Shown in pieces: positions 39,197-49,386 of a DNA stretch of 64,000 bases; the stretch's first letter is position 1; each line of letters starts with the position of its first letter. The position numbers were made by a program, and so were the translations under genes. The stretch lies in NCBI GenBank assembly GCA_963717665.1, contig OY970348.1, forward strand, positions 2,532,498 to 2,596,497. The letters run 5' to 3'. The DNA is from an uncultured Solirubrobacteraceae bacterium (GTDB lineage Bacteria > Actinomycetota > Thermoleophilia > Solirubrobacterales > Solirubrobacteraceae). The notes beneath the pieces are model-generated. The model was not told the origin of the DNA. It searched no databases and saw only the letters and a list, made by a program, of their open reading frames with translations.

Positions 39197-40372
39197 GTGC
39201 GCCGACTGCTCGCTCTGACGACCGCGCTGATGTTCCTGGAGCTGGTGTTCTTCACGGTGCTCTCGCCGCTGTTGCCGGAGCTCAAGCACGATCTGGCGCT
39301 GTCGACGTCGCAGGCGGGCGTGCTCGTTGCGATGTACGCGGTGGGCTGCGCGGTGGGTGCGATCCCGGCGCTGATGATCGTCGTGCGCCTCGGCGTGCGC
39401 ACGACTGCGATCGTCAGCCTGGTGACGTTCGCCGCGATGAGCGTCGTGTTCGGTCTCGCCCACAGCTACGACGCGCTGCTGGCGGCGCGCTTCGCCCAGG
39501 GGCTGGCCGGCGCGGCGTGCTGGACGGCGGCGATGCTTTGGCTGCTCGAGGTGGCGCCGCTCGATCGCCGCGGCGAACTGCTCGGCTTCGCCTTCGGCGT
39601 CAGCGAGGCCGGCGCGATCGCCGGTCCTGCCGCCGGTGGCGTCGCGGCGGCCGCCGGACGCGGCGCGACGTTCGCGGCGATCGCTGCGCTGTGCGCCGTG
39701 CTGGCGCTGATCACGACGCGCTTCTCGGGGCCGCCGGCGCCGGCGGAGAAGCGCCTCGGGCTGGGCGAGGCGCTGTCGAGCGCGAACGTGCGCAAGGTCA
39801 TGTGGATCACGTTGCTGCCCGCGATCATGCTCGCCGCGATCAGCGTGCTCGCTCCGCTGCAGCAGCACCGCCTCGGCGGCGGCTCCAGCGAGATCGCGCT
39901 CACGTTTGGGGCGGCCGCGATCCTCGGCATCGCGATCCGTCCGTTCTACGGGCGCTGGTCCGATCGCCAGGGTCCGCTGCGCCCCGTGCGGATCGGGCTG
40001 CTCGCGTGCGCCCCCGTGATCGTCGCGCTGCCGTGGATGCAGACGCGCTTCGGCACGGCGGCGCTGATCGCGCTCGCCTTGATCTTGATCGGCGTGCTGT
40101 GGGCGCCGGTGATGGTGATGCTGTCCGACGCGTGCGCCGCGGCCGGGCTGGGGCAGCTGATGGTCGTCGCGATGATGGACCTGACGTGGCCGCCGGGGAA
40201 CATCGTCGGCTCGGCCGGGGGCGGCGCGCTTGCCGAGGTCGCCGGGCAACGCGTCACCTATGCCGTGATGGCGGGGATGCTCTTGGCGGGTTGGGCCGCG
40301 CTGTCGGGCAGGCGTGCGCCTGTGTCGGCGGAGACGGCCGTGGCGGAGGGACTGTCCGTCACGGGCAGTTGA
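39197..40372 (+). CDS. MFS transporter
   Basis: About 12 hydrophobic segments; ARFAQGLAG, GRWSDRQG. Confidence 0.88.
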   Translation: MRRLLALTTALMFLELVFFTVLSPLLPELKHDLALSTSQAGVLVAMYAVGCAVGAIPALMIVVRLGVRTTAIVSLVTFAAMSVVFGLAHSYDALLAARFAQGLAGAACWTAAMLWLLEVAPLDRRGELLGFAFGVSEAGAIAGPAAGGVAAAAGRGATFAAIAALCAVLALITTRFSGPPAPAEKRLGLGEALSSANVRKVMWITLLPAIMLAAISVLAPLQQHRLGGGSSEIALTFGAAAILGIAIRPFYGRWSDRQGPLRPVRIGLLACAPVIVALPWMQTRFGTAALIALALILIGVLWAPVMVMLSDACAAAGLGQLMVVAMMDLTWPPGNIVGSAGGGALAEVAGQRVTYAVMAGMLLAGWAALSGRRAPVSAETAVAEGLSVTGS

Positions 40373-40379
40373 GCAGCCG

Positions 40380-41423
40380 GTGCCTCCGTACTTCGAGGAT
40401 CTGACCGTCGGTCACGTCGAGCGCAGCGCGCCCGCTGTGACGCTGAGCGACGGGATGGCGGCCGTGCACCAGGCGATCGTCGGAGACCGCCTCGCGTTGG
40501 CGCTCGACGCGACGCTGGCGCGTGCCGTGCTCGGCACACCTGCCGTGCTCGCGCACCCGGCGCTCGTGTGGGACGTCGCGATCGGGCAGTCGACGCTGCT
40601 GACGGGCCGCGTGATCGCGAACCTCTTCTACCGCGGCCTCGTACTGCAGCGGATGCCCGTGATCGGCGACACGCTGTCGACGAGCACCGAGGTCGTCGCG
40701 CTGCGCCAGACGACGCCGCGTCCGGGGCGCCCGGCGAGCGGCCTGGCGGTGCTGCGCGTGCGCACGAGCGACCAGGCGGGGCGAGCCGTGCTCGACTTCT
40801 GGCGCTGCGCGATGCTGCCGCTGCGCGATCCAGATGGACGCACGGAGCGCGAGGATTCCTTCGAGCAGATCCCAGAAGAGCTCGACCCGAAGGCGCTGCG
40901 CGAGGCGAGCGCGGGCTGGCGACTCGACGCGTTCGTCGACTCGCGCGGCGGCGAGCGCGAGCGTCTCTCCGAGTCCGCGCCCGGCACGCGTTGGGCGCCC
41001 GACGCTGGCGACGTGGTCAGCGCCGCGCCCGAGCTCGCGCGGCTCAGCCTCAACGTGGCCGCCGTACATCACGACCGTCACGCGCACCGCGAAGGACGCC
41101 GGCTCGTCTACGGCGGCCACACGATCGGCCTCGCAGCTTCACAAGCCTCGCGCCTGCTGCCCGAGATCGTGACGATCGCCGGCTGGCACTCCTGTGAGCA
41201 CCTCGCGCCAGTACACGAGGGCGACACGCTCTACAGCGAGCTCGAGCTCGAGCGCTGCGAGCCGCTCGGCCGGGGTGGCGCGCTCGCCCACCTGCGCTCG
41301 CGCGTCGTCGCGCTCGGCGGGGGAGATGACGGCGCCGCAAGAGCTGGGGGCGAGGACGCCGAAGGGCGCGAGGAGGGCGGCGTGCCGGTGCTCGACTGGC
41401 GCTTCGTCGCGGTAATCGCTTAG
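40380..41423 (+). CDS. MaoC-type double hot-dog acyl-CoA hydratase (mesaconyl-CoA hydratase-like)
   Basis: PYFEDL, IANLFY..L....V.GDTL, LNVAAVHHD, RLVYGGHTI, H.APVHEGDTL. Confidence 0.75.
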   Translation: MPPYFEDLTVGHVERSAPAVTLSDGMAAVHQAIVGDRLALALDATLARAVLGTPAVLAHPALVWDVAIGQSTLLTGRVIANLFYRGLVLQRMPVIGDTLSTSTEVVALRQTTPRPGRPASGLAVLRVRTSDQAGRAVLDFWRCAMLPLRDPDGRTEREDSFEQIPEELDPKALREASAGWRLDAFVDSRGGERERLSESAPGTRWAPDAGDVVSAAPELARLSLNVAAVHHDRHAHREGRRLVYGGHTIGLAASQASRLLPEIVTIAGWHSCEHLAPVHEGDTLYSELELERCEPLGRGGALAHLRSRVVALGGGDDGAARAGGEDAEGREEGGVPVLDWRFVAVIA

Positions 41424-41452
41424 CTACTCGACCAGTGGTGAGACGCGCCGTC

Positions 41453-41490
41453 GCCGGCGCCCGGACCAGAGGAAGAGTCCGGGCGCCGGC
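41453..41490. terminator. Hairpin between convergent genes
   Basis: GCCGGCGCCCGGAC-N10-GTCCGGGCGCCGGC, perfect 14-bp stem. Confidence 0.65.
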
Positions 41491-41517
41491 TGGCGGCGTT
41501 GTTGGCGGAAGCTGCTC

Positions 41518-43233
41518 CTAGCCCTTGGCCCAGAAGCGCATGTCGGGCAGGTCCGAGGAGAAGTAGCCCGTCACGTTCTTGCCGAGCACGGCCACCAGTT
41601 CGGTGTCGTAGGCCCAGACTCGCGGCGAGTTTTCGATGTACAGTTCGTCGGCCTTGTTGAGCATTTCCTGACGCTTCGGTTCCTGCGTCACGTACGGGAT
41701 TTCTTTCATGATCTTGTCCGCTGCGGGAACACAGGTGTTGGTGTCGTTGAACTGGTTGTTCGGCGGGCACTGCAGGTCATAGGCCCAGTGGTAATCGGGG
41801 GCTACGACCTGAGGACCGTCGAGGAACACCGTCGCGCCGTCGTGGTTGGTGTAGACGACTTCCAGGAACGCCGACGGCGAGACGACCTGGACCTTGGCGT
41901 TGACTCCCAGCGGCTCCCACGCACCGGCCGCGGCCGTCGCGATTTCCTTGCCGATGTTGTCACCCTGACCGACGTAGATCGTGAAGCTGACGGGCGTTTT
42001 GATACCCGACTTCGCCAGCAGTTCTTTCGCCTTGGTGACGTTCGTTTCGCGCGGCGCGCCCACCTTCGGGTCATACCAGGAGTACGACGGCATCCACTCG
42101 CCGTAGTACAGCTTGCCGTAGCCGTAGCCGACCTTCTGCAGGACCGCTTCATACGGGAACGCGTATGTCAGCGCTTGCCGGAAGTCCTGGTTCTTGAAGA
42201 ACGGGTCTTTGTCGTTGAGCCACGGCTTGCGCGCGTTCTGCGGGAAGTTCAACGTCTCCGCCTGACGCGACTTGAACGAGCCGACGATGCAGCAGTTGTT
42301 GCCGACGAGGCTGTGCGCCGCCTGGTTGGTGAGCCCGAGCGTGATGTCCGCCGAGCCCGACTGCGCGTCGAGCAAGAGCGTTTCGTTGTCGGGAATCATG
42401 TTGAGGATGATCTTCTTCGTCTTCGGCGCTTCGAAGAAGTCAGGGTTCGCTTCGAGCACCATCTGGTGATTCGGCTGGTAGCTCTTGAGCAAGTACGGCC
42501 CGTAGCCGGCGGAGTGGCTGGCGAGCCATTCGTTGGGCTTTTCCTTCTCCTGGCCGCCGTGTTCTTCGACCAGTTTGGAGTCGTAGATCGAGCCGGCGGT
42601 CGGCGTCGAGAGCACCTGCAGCTGGTTGGGCGCGGGACGCTTGTATTTGATCACGACGGTGAGCGGTCCCTGTTCGGAGATCGAAGTGATCAACGGTGGC
42701 GTGTAATCGGTTTCCTCGAGCACCGAGTAGCCGCCGACGCCGGCCTTGATCACACGGTTCAGCGACCACACGACGGCTTTCGCGTCGACCGGGTCGCCGC
42801 TGGGGAACTTCAGCCCCGGGCGCAGGTGGAAGGTCAACGTCTTGTTGCCGTCGCTGAAGGCGTAGGACTGCGCGAGGTACGGTTTGACCGCACTGACGCC
42901 GAGGTTCTGCTGCTCGGTGCCTTCGACTTTGCCCGGTTCGTGGTCGACCTGCGTGAGCGTCGAGTACATCGCCCCGTCGAAGCCCGGGTCCTGGTCGTTG
43001 GTCGTGAAGTTGGGGTCGAGCGTCGCGATCGGCACGGCGTTGTTGACGATCAGCGTCGCGTTCGGGTTGCTCGCCGCTTTGCTGAGCCCGCCGGAGCTCG
43101 AGGAGCCGGCGCTCGATGAGCTCGAACTGGAGCTGGAGCCGCACGCCGCGAGCAGAAGCACGGCCGCGAGCGCCGTCGCGGCGGCGAGCGTGAGGCGCCT
43201 TGCTCGGGCGAGGAGCCTGCTGGTGGATTTCAT
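41518..43233 (-). CDS. Family 5 (Dpp/Opp-like) ABC substrate-binding lipoprotein
   Basis: Lipobox LAAC with Ser linker; TLDP, PYLAQSY..SD..TLTFHLRPGLKF.SG.PVDA..V.WSL, GYGPYLL. Confidence 0.92.
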   Translation of the reverse strand: MKSTSRLLARARRLTLAAATALAAVLLLAACGSSSSSSSSSAGSSSSGGLSKAASNPNATLIVNNAVPIATLDPNFTTNDQDPGFDGAMYSTLTQVDHEPGKVEGTEQQNLGVSAVKPYLAQSYAFSDGNKTLTFHLRPGLKFPSGDPVDAKAVVWSLNRVIKAGVGGYSVLEETDYTPPLITSISEQGPLTVVIKYKRPAPNQLQVLSTPTAGSIYDSKLVEEHGGQEKEKPNEWLASHSAGYGPYLLKSYQPNHQMVLEANPDFFEAPKTKKIILNMIPDNETLLLDAQSGSADITLGLTNQAAHSLVGNNCCIVGSFKSRQAETLNFPQNARKPWLNDKDPFFKNQDFRQALTYAFPYEAVLQKVGYGYGKLYYGEWMPSYSWYDPKVGAPRETNVTKAKELLAKSGIKTPVSFTIYVGQGDNIGKEIATAAAGAWEPLGVNAKVQVVSPSAFLEVVYTNHDGATVFLDGPQVVAPDYHWAYDLQCPPNNQFNDTNTCVPAADKIMKEIPYVTQEPKRQEMLNKADELYIENSPRVWAYDTELVAVLGKNVTGYFSSDLPDMRFWAKG

Positions 43234-43444
43234 CGTGCCTCCGTCGGTAGTGCGGGTCATCCGGCCTCCATCGCTAGTGCGGTTCATCGGGGGACGCCTC
43301 CGTCGCTGGTTTCCCGTCTGGCCGAACCTACTCGACTGCCGGGTCTCCGGGCACGCTCGTTTGCTCCTCGAGCCGAGCTCGAAGCGCGCCTGCGAACTGC
43401 CCACCCCCAATCTCGACAGCCTAAGGCGCGATCTGAGTTGTTTT

Positions 43445-43494
43445 GATGACGATCAGTCGATATGCAACCTATCTCGCGCGCACAGCAGCGTCAA
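43445..43494 (-). promoter_or_regulatory. Sigma70-type promoter plus operator for the SBP gene
   Basis: Minus strand TTGACG-N17-TAGGTT, then 1 nt later CATATCGA-CTGA-TCGTCATC. Confidence 0.7.
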
Positions 43495-43561
43495 GGACTC
43501 CCGCTCCAACTCCTTCGTAAGGGCATTCGACACCTGTCGAAAGCCCTTGGCCGGCAGTCGC

Positions 43562-43611
43562 TTGACAATGTTCGGGCATAGGACTACGTTCCAAACCGAC
43601 TGATCGATATG
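43562..43611 (+). promoter_or_regulatory. Sigma70-type promoter plus operator
   Basis: TTGACA-N17-TACGTT, then CAAACCGA-CTGA-TCGATATG. Confidence 0.65.
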
Positions 43612-43716
43612 TCATCTTTTCGACCGCTTCGGCCCCTTGGCCTCGGGTCTTCCGGCGTTTCGCTCGGGGGCAGATCGCTCGCCGACGCGCCCGGGAGTCG
43701 ATCGCCGCGCCGCCCA

Positions 43717-44532
43717 TCAGCCGATCCCGAGGATCTTGCGCGCCTGCGCCGGCGTGGCGACCGGCCTGCCGACTGCCTCACAGAGGGTCCTCGCGCGCGT
43801 GACGAGCTGGGCGTTGGACTCGGCGTACTCGCCGGGAGCCACATAGACGACGTCCTCGAGGCCCGTGCGGATGTGCCCGCCGAGCGCGAGCGTGACGGCC
43901 ATCATCGGGAAGTTGTGGCGCCCGATCGCCGTGACCATCCACGGCAACCCGTCGGGCACCAGCCGCGCGAACATCTGGACCGACTCGACGCTGGGCGGTG
44001 CGCCGCCGATCACGCCGAGCACGATGTGCAGGAAGCCGGGTGCGCCGCGCGCTGTCGTCGCCAGCCGCGCGGCGGTCACGGCCATGCCGATGTCGAAGCA
44101 CTCGTACTCGGGCACGATGCCGCGGTCGGCCATCTCCTCGGCGAGCTCCTCGATCAGCGACTTGGGGTTGAGGAAGACGACGTCGTCGGGACCGAAGTTG
44201 ATGCTGCCGCAGTTCAGCGAGGCGACCTCGGGATCGGCTTGCAGCGAGCGCCGTCGCTCCTCGGCGGCGGAGCCGAGCTTGCCGCCCGTGGTGAAGTTGA
44301 GCACCACATCGTCGACATGTTCGCGCACGGCGTGCTTGATCGCGAGATAGTCCTCTGGTGCCTGCGTCATCTCACCGTCTGGCGTGCGCGCGTGAATGTG
44401 CAGGATGCTCGCGCCGGCGTGCGCCGCCGCGACGGCCTGCTCGATCACCTGATCGCGCGTGGCAGGCTGGTTAGGGTTGCCGGTGACGATGCCTCCCGCA
44501 ACCGCACATGTGAGCATCGCCGGGTCGCTCAT
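43717..44532 (-). CDS. BKACE (3-keto-5-aminohexanoate cleavage enzyme family, DUF849)
   Basis: LTCAVAG, GASILHIHAR, ASLNCGSINF, PEYECFD, GGHIRTGLED, SNAQLV. Confidence 0.92.
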   Translation of the reverse strand: MSDPAMLTCAVAGGIVTGNPNQPATRDQVIEQAVAAAHAGASILHIHARTPDGEMTQAPEDYLAIKHAVREHVDDVVLNFTTGGKLGSAAEERRRSLQADPEVASLNCGSINFGPDDVVFLNPKSLIEELAEEMADRGIVPEYECFDIGMAVTAARLATTARGAPGFLHIVLGVIGGAPPSVESVQMFARLVPDGLPWMVTAIGRHNFPMMAVTLALGGHIRTGLEDVVYVAPGEYAESNAQLVTRARTLCEAVGRPVATPAQARKILGIG

Positions 44533-44671
44533 GAAGAAGGCCAGTCTTGCACTGCATGACGAACCAAAGTCGACTCCCCTTGCTCCAGGCGCAGACGATC
44601 TGCCGTGCTGCTACGCCGGTAATATACCGAACGCAGGACTTGCAGATCGAACGGATGGGCGGATCTAGCGC

Positions 44672-45610
44672 ATGAGCTCCGGGCCGCTGATACTCGGTGG
44701 TGGCGACGCCCCTTCGCTACGTCCGCAGGGCCCCGTCGAGCCCTCCGGCGCGAGCGTCTCCGAGCGCGCCATGCGCGCCTCGCGCGCGATCCTCTCCGAC
44801 CGGCGCGTCGCCGTCCCGCTCGGCGTGCTCGTGCTGTTCGTGCTGTTCGCGATCTTCGCGCCGATCCTGTGGAAGTACGGACCCAACACGCAGGATCTGA
44901 TCAACTCGCTGAAGAGCCCCTCGAGCACGCATCCGATGGGCACCGACCAGCTCGGGCGCGACGTGTTCGCACGCTTTGCCGACGGCGCGCGCATCTCGCT
45001 GCTCGTGGCGAGCATCGTGACCGTCGCCGGGGCGCTGATCGGCGGGTTGATCGGGCTGCTCGCCGGTACGGTCGGCGGTGTCAGCGACGGCGTCGCGATG
45101 CGCGCGATGGACGCAATCCTCGCCTTCCCGCCTTTGATCCTCGCGATGGCCGTGACGGTCGGTCTCGGCATCGGCCTGAACACGGCTGCGATCGGCGTCG
45201 CGCTCGTCTCGGTCCCGTGGTACGCGCGCCTGCTGCGCAGCGAGGCGCTGCGAATCCGCTCACTGCCGTTCATCGAAGCGTCGTATGCGATCGGCATGAC
45301 GCGCGCGCGTGTGATCTCACGCCACGTGATCCCGCACATGCTGCCGGTGCTGTTCATCCAGATGGCCGCCGCCTTCGGTTACGCCGTGCTCGGACTGGCC
45401 TCGCTCAGCTTCGTCGGCCTCGGCGCGCAGGTGCCGACGCCGGAGTGGGGGGCGATGATCACCGAAGGGCTCTCCTACTCGCTGACCGGTCAGTGGTGGA
45501 TCAGCATCTTCCCGGGCGTCGGCCTGCTCGTGACAGTGACGGCCGCCAGCATGCTCTCCGACCGCATGCGCGACCTGCTCGACCCGCGCGGCGAGTACGC
45601 GAGGCTGTAG
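44672..45610 (+). CDS. DppC/OppC-like ABC permease
   Basis: HPMGTDQLGRDV, FIEAS.AIG, LSFVGLG..PTPEWG. Confidence 0.92.
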   Translation: MSSGPLILGGGDAPSLRPQGPVEPSGASVSERAMRASRAILSDRRVAVPLGVLVLFVLFAIFAPILWKYGPNTQDLINSLKSPSSTHPMGTDQLGRDVFARFADGARISLLVASIVTVAGALIGGLIGLLAGTVGGVSDGVAMRAMDAILAFPPLILAMAVTVGLGIGLNTAAIGVALVSVPWYARLLRSEALRIRSLPFIEASYAIGMTRARVISRHVIPHMLPVLFIQMAAAFGYAVLGLASLSFVGLGAQVPTPEWGAMITEGLSYSLTGQWWISIFPGVGLLVTVTAASMLSDRMRDLLDPRGEYARL

Positions 45611-45613
45611 GCG

Positions 45614-46639
45614 ATGGGCGTCGTCATCGCCAAAAGGGTGCTCGGCTCCTTCGGCGCGATCTTCGGTGCGACGATCCTCGCGTTCATCATCATGCGCGCG
45701 CTGCCGGGCAACCCGGCGCGGCTGATCGTCGGCCCGCTCGCCACGCCGCAGGCGCTCGCCTCGGTGAGCCACGAGATCGGTTTGGACAAGCCGATCTTCA
45801 CGCAGTACTGGCTGTTCATCTCGCACTTCTTCGAGGGCAACTGGGGCTACTCGTATGCCGACGGCAAGTCGGTCAGCGCCCTGATCGGCGAACGGCTGCC
45901 GGCGACGATCGAGCTGGCGATCTTCTCATTCGCGATCACGATGATCTGCGCCGTCCTCGCCGCGCTGCTCGTTACCTATCGCCGCCGACCGATCGCCGAC
46001 CGCATCCTGCGCGGCGTGGCCTACCTCGGCTTCGGCACGCCGCCGTTCTTCATCGCGCTGATCCTGCTGATCGTGTTCTTCCGCTCCTTTCACGTGCTGC
46101 CGGGGCCCGAGGGGCGGCTGGGGCTGCAGGCGAGCACGCCGCCCGAGGTCACGCACATGTACACGCTCGACGCGCTGATCGCCGGCAAATTCGGCACGTT
46201 CTGGTCGGCGATCGAACACCTGATCCTGCCCGGCGTCGCGCTCGGCCTCTCCTCGTTCTCGTTCATCGTCAGGCTGCTGCGCGCGAACCTGCTGGAGGTC
46301 TCGCGCGAGCCGTTCATCACGGTCGCGCGCGGCAAGGGCCTTCGTCGCTGGACCGCCTTCCGCCGCCACGCACTGCCCAACGCGTTCCTGCCGACGCTGA
46401 CCGCCGGTGGGCTCGTGCTCGGCGAATTCCTCGCCGGCAGCGTGCTGATCGAACGGGTCTTCAACTGGCCCGGGATCGGCTCGCTCGTGTTCGACGCGAT
46501 CGTCAAGCAGGACTACGCGATCGTGCAGACGTTCATCCTGCTCAGCGCGGTCATGTTCGTGCTCGTCAACCTGATCGTCGACCTGCTCTACGCCGTGATC
46601 GATCCGCGCGTGCGCATCCCGGCGGTGGCGACGGCATGA
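45614..46639 (+). CDS. DppB/OppB-like ABC permease
   Basis: LPGNPA, GLDKP..QY, RLPATIEL, ARGKGL, IERVFNWPGIG. Confidence 0.92.
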   Translation: MGVVIAKRVLGSFGAIFGATILAFIIMRALPGNPARLIVGPLATPQALASVSHEIGLDKPIFTQYWLFISHFFEGNWGYSYADGKSVSALIGERLPATIELAIFSFAITMICAVLAALLVTYRRRPIADRILRGVAYLGFGTPPFFIALILLIVFFRSFHVLPGPEGRLGLQASTPPEVTHMYTLDALIAGKFGTFWSAIEHLILPGVALGLSSFSFIVRLLRANLLEVSREPFITVARGKGLRRWTAFRRHALPNAFLPTLTAGGLVLGEFLAGSVLIERVFNWPGIGSLVFDAIVKQDYAIVQTFILLSAVMFVLVNLIVDLLYAVIDPRVRIPAVATA

Positions 46640-47703
46640 GCGACGGCGCGAGCGAGACGGACGTGCACGGCGGCGGTGCGAGCGCCCTCGCCGGGGGCGA
46701 GCCGGCGCTTTCGGTGCGCAACCTGAGCACTGTGTTCGAGGATGGCAAGCGCACGGTTCACGCCGTGCGCGACGTCAGCTTCGAGATGCGCCCGACCGAG
46801 CGGCTCGGCGTGGTCGGCGAGTCGGGCTCGGGCAAGTCGGCGCTCGCGCTCTCGATCCTCGGCCTGATCGAGCCGCCGGGGCGCGTGCTCGGTGGCGAGA
46901 TCCGCCTCGGCGGCCGCGACATCTCGAAGCTGTCCGACCGCCAGCTGGGCTCGGTCAGGGGCAAGGACATCGCGCTCGTGCTGCAGGACCCGATGAGCGC
47001 CCTGGACCCGGTCAAGACGATCGGCTCGCAGGTGATCGAGGCGATCGCGGCGCACAATCCCGACCTGCGCCGCGCGGCGGCGCGCAAGCGCGCGGCGGAG
47101 CTGCTCGGAGAAGTGGACATCCCGCAGGCCGAGCGGCGCCTGGACGACTACCCGCACCAGTACTCGGGCGGGATGCGCCAGCGCGTGGCGATCGCGATGG
47201 CGATCGCCAACAACCCGAGCGTGCTGATCGCCGACGAGCCGACGACGGCGCTCGACGTGACGACGCAGTCGCAGGTGCTCGCGCTGCTCGACCGTCTCGT
47301 CGAGCAGCACCGCACGGCGGTGATCCTGATCACGCACAACCTCGGGATCGTGTCGGACTTCTGCGACTCGATCGCCGTGATGTATGCGGGGCGCTTCGTC
47401 GAGACCTCGGGCGTGGATCACATCTTCGAAAGCCCGACCCACCCCTACAGCGAGGCGCTCTTGAAGTGCGTGCCCAACCCGGAGCGGCTCGCAAAGGGTC
47501 CGCTCCCGGCGATCACCGGCTTCCCTCCGGACCTGGCACAGTTGCCCGTGGGCTGCTCCTTTCAGCCGCGCTGCCCCGTCGGACATGAGATCCTCGAGTG
47601 CCGGCGCCAGGCGCCGCAGCCGCATACCGTCGAGGGCCCGGCGGGCCCGGCGAGCGTCGAGTGCCATTTCGCCGAGCAGCGCATCACCGAGGTGAAGGTA
47701 TGA
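46636..47703 (+). CDS. DppD/OppD-like ABC ATPase
   Basis: [39 protein letters not shown]. Confidence 0.93.
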   Translation: MSDGASETDVHGGGASALAGGEPALSVRNLSTVFEDGKRTVHAVRDVSFEMRPTERLGVVGESGSGKSALALSILGLIEPPGRVLGGEIRLGGRDISKLSDRQLGSVRGKDIALVLQDPMSALDPVKTIGSQVIEAIAAHNPDLRRAAARKRAAELLGEVDIPQAERRLDDYPHQYSGGMRQRVAIAMAIANNPSVLIADEPTTALDVTTQSQVLALLDRLVEQHRTAVILITHNLGIVSDFCDSIAVMYAGRFVETSGVDHIFESPTHPYSEALLKCVPNPERLAKGPLPAITGFPPDLAQLPVGCSFQPRCPVGHEILECRRQAPQPHTVEGPAGPASVECHFAEQRITEVKV

Positions 47704-48812
47704 GCGCGCCGAGCGGCGCGACGCCGCCCGCCGCCGGCACGGCGACTGACGCGCTCGCGGGCGCCGGTGACCCGGCCGCGCCGGTCCTCGAGGCCGACGG
47801 CCTCTCGAAGGCGTTCGAGATCCGCAGCGAGGAGCGCTTCGGGCGCAAGGTGCCGGTCACGGTGCTCGACGACATCTCGCTGGCCGTGCGCCGCGGCGAG
47901 AGCTTCGGCCTCGTCGGCGAGTCGGGCTGCGGCAAGTCGACGCTCGCGCGCTGCCTGTTGCGCCTGCTAGAGCCGACGTCCGGTCGCGTGCTGTTCGAGG
48001 GCCAGGACCTCGCCGAACTGGATCGCGACGAGCTGCGCGCGATGCGCCGGCGGATGCAGTTCGTCTTCCAGGACCCCTTCGCCTCGCTCGACCCCCGCAT
48101 GACCGCCGGCGCGCTCGTCGAAGAGCCGCTGCTCGTGCACGAGATCGGCGATCGCGAAGAACGCCGTGCGGCGGTGCTCGAGATGCTCGCCGACGTCGGC
48201 CTCACGGCCGAGCAGGCCGAACGACGCCCGCACGCCTTCTCCGGCGGCCAGCGCCAGCGCATCGGCATCGCGCGCGCCTTCGTGCTGCGCCCGGACGTCG
48301 TGATCCTCGACGAGCCGATCTCGGCGCTCGACGTCTCGGTGCAGGCGCAGGTGCTCAACCTGCTGCGCCGCCTGCAGACGCAGCTCGGCTTGACCTACGT
48401 GTTCATCTCGCACGACCTCGCCGTGGCCGAGTACTTCTGCGACCGCGTCGCCGTGCTCTACCTCGGCCAGGTGATGGAGCTCGCCGACCGTGAGGTGCTG
48501 TTTCGCAAACCGCTTCACCCCTACTCCGTGTCGCTGCTCTCGGCCGTGCCCGTGCCGCAGGCCGGCGGGCGCGGCCGACGCGCCAGGCGCGCGCAGCCGA
48601 TCGGCGAAATCAGCTCTGTCGTGGACCGGCCGAAGGGGTGCCCGTTCGAGCCGCGCTGTCCTGTCGGGCGCGGACGGGACATCTGCAAGGGGGAGCGCCC
48701 GCCGCTGGTCGAGCACGCCACGCGGCATTGGGCGGCCTGTCACTTTCCGGGGGAGATGGGGGTTGGTCCGGCCGGCGGCGACACATCACAGCGGCCGGGC
48801 GAGGTGCAATGA
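47700..48812 (+). CDS. DppF/OppF-like ABC ATPase
   Basis: GESGCGKST, FSGGQRQRIGIARA, DEPISALDVSVQAQ. Confidence 0.93.
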   Translation: MSAPSGATPPAAGTATDALAGAGDPAAPVLEADGLSKAFEIRSEERFGRKVPVTVLDDISLAVRRGESFGLVGESGCGKSTLARCLLRLLEPTSGRVLFEGQDLAELDRDELRAMRRRMQFVFQDPFASLDPRMTAGALVEEPLLVHEIGDREERRAAVLEMLADVGLTAEQAERRPHAFSGGQRQRIGIARAFVLRPDVVILDEPISALDVSVQAQVLNLLRRLQTQLGLTYVFISHDLAVAEYFCDRVAVLYLGQVMELADREVLFRKPLHPYSVSLLSAVPVPQAGGRGRRARRAQPIGEISSVVDRPKGCPFEPRCPVGRGRDICKGERPPLVEHATRHWAACHFPGEMGVGPAGGDTSQRPGEVQ

Positions 48813-48822
48813 TGAGGAGTGG

Positions 48823-49371
48823 ATGTTGCGCTTTGTCAGCAGGAGAGGTATCGCGACCTCGCGGCGCCGCCGGCTAGCTTCTGTACGGGAGCTTGTCTCT
48901 ACGCACGGTGGCGGGCGGGCAATCACACGAAGCGACTGGCTGCTCCTGTTCGTCACCTTCGAGGGCGCGCCCGACGGGCTCGATCCCGTCCGCATCCAGG
49001 AGGGGCTGTTCCTGTTCTCGCGGTGTCCCGATTCACCGCCTGGGTCGCAGTATGCATTCGAGCCCGGTATCTACGGCCCGATCAGCGAGGAGCTCGACTC
49101 AGATCTAGATCGTCTCGCCGACGACGGGTGGATCGAGCTCGTGCCAGTGAGGGGCGCGCACTGGTCTCTGCACAAGCCCACCGATGCGGCATTCGACCGA
49201 GCACGACGGATCCTGAGGCAAACGGATGATGAAAGCCTGCTGGACGCGATACGCGAGTTGCTCGAGGTCAAGCGGTACGTATCGAGTGTGGGTTTCGGGG
49301 ATCTGCTTGAGCGTGTGTATACCGAGCACCCGAACTTCGCCGTCAACTCCGTCTTTCACGGAGCGGCCTGA
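48823..49371 (+). CDS. YwgA/Panacea(SocA)-like winged-helix protein
   Basis: GAGGAG RBS; LDPVRIQEGLFL...YAFEPGIYGPISEELDSDLDRL..DGWIE...LLERVY..HP.FA.NS pattern. Confidence 0.6.
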   Translation: MLRFVSRRGIATSRRRRLASVRELVSTHGGGRAITRSDWLLLFVTFEGAPDGLDPVRIQEGLFLFSRCPDSPPGSQYAFEPGIYGPISEELDSDLDRLADDGWIELVPVRGAHWSLHKPTDAAFDRARRILRQTDDESLLDAIRELLEVKRYVSSVGFGDLLERVYTEHPNFAVNSVFHGAA

Positions 49372-49386
49372 CGGCACTCCCGAGCG

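Noticed and set aside
43609-44559. 316-aa plus-strand ORF downstream of the 43562 promoter
   Set aside because: It is the antisense frame of the BKACE gene and shows no protein-like motifs.
44869-47703. 944-aa ORF suggesting a giant ABC ATPase fusion
   Set aside because: The N-terminal part is an off-frame read-through of dppC/dppB; the real ATPase starts at ATG 46636.
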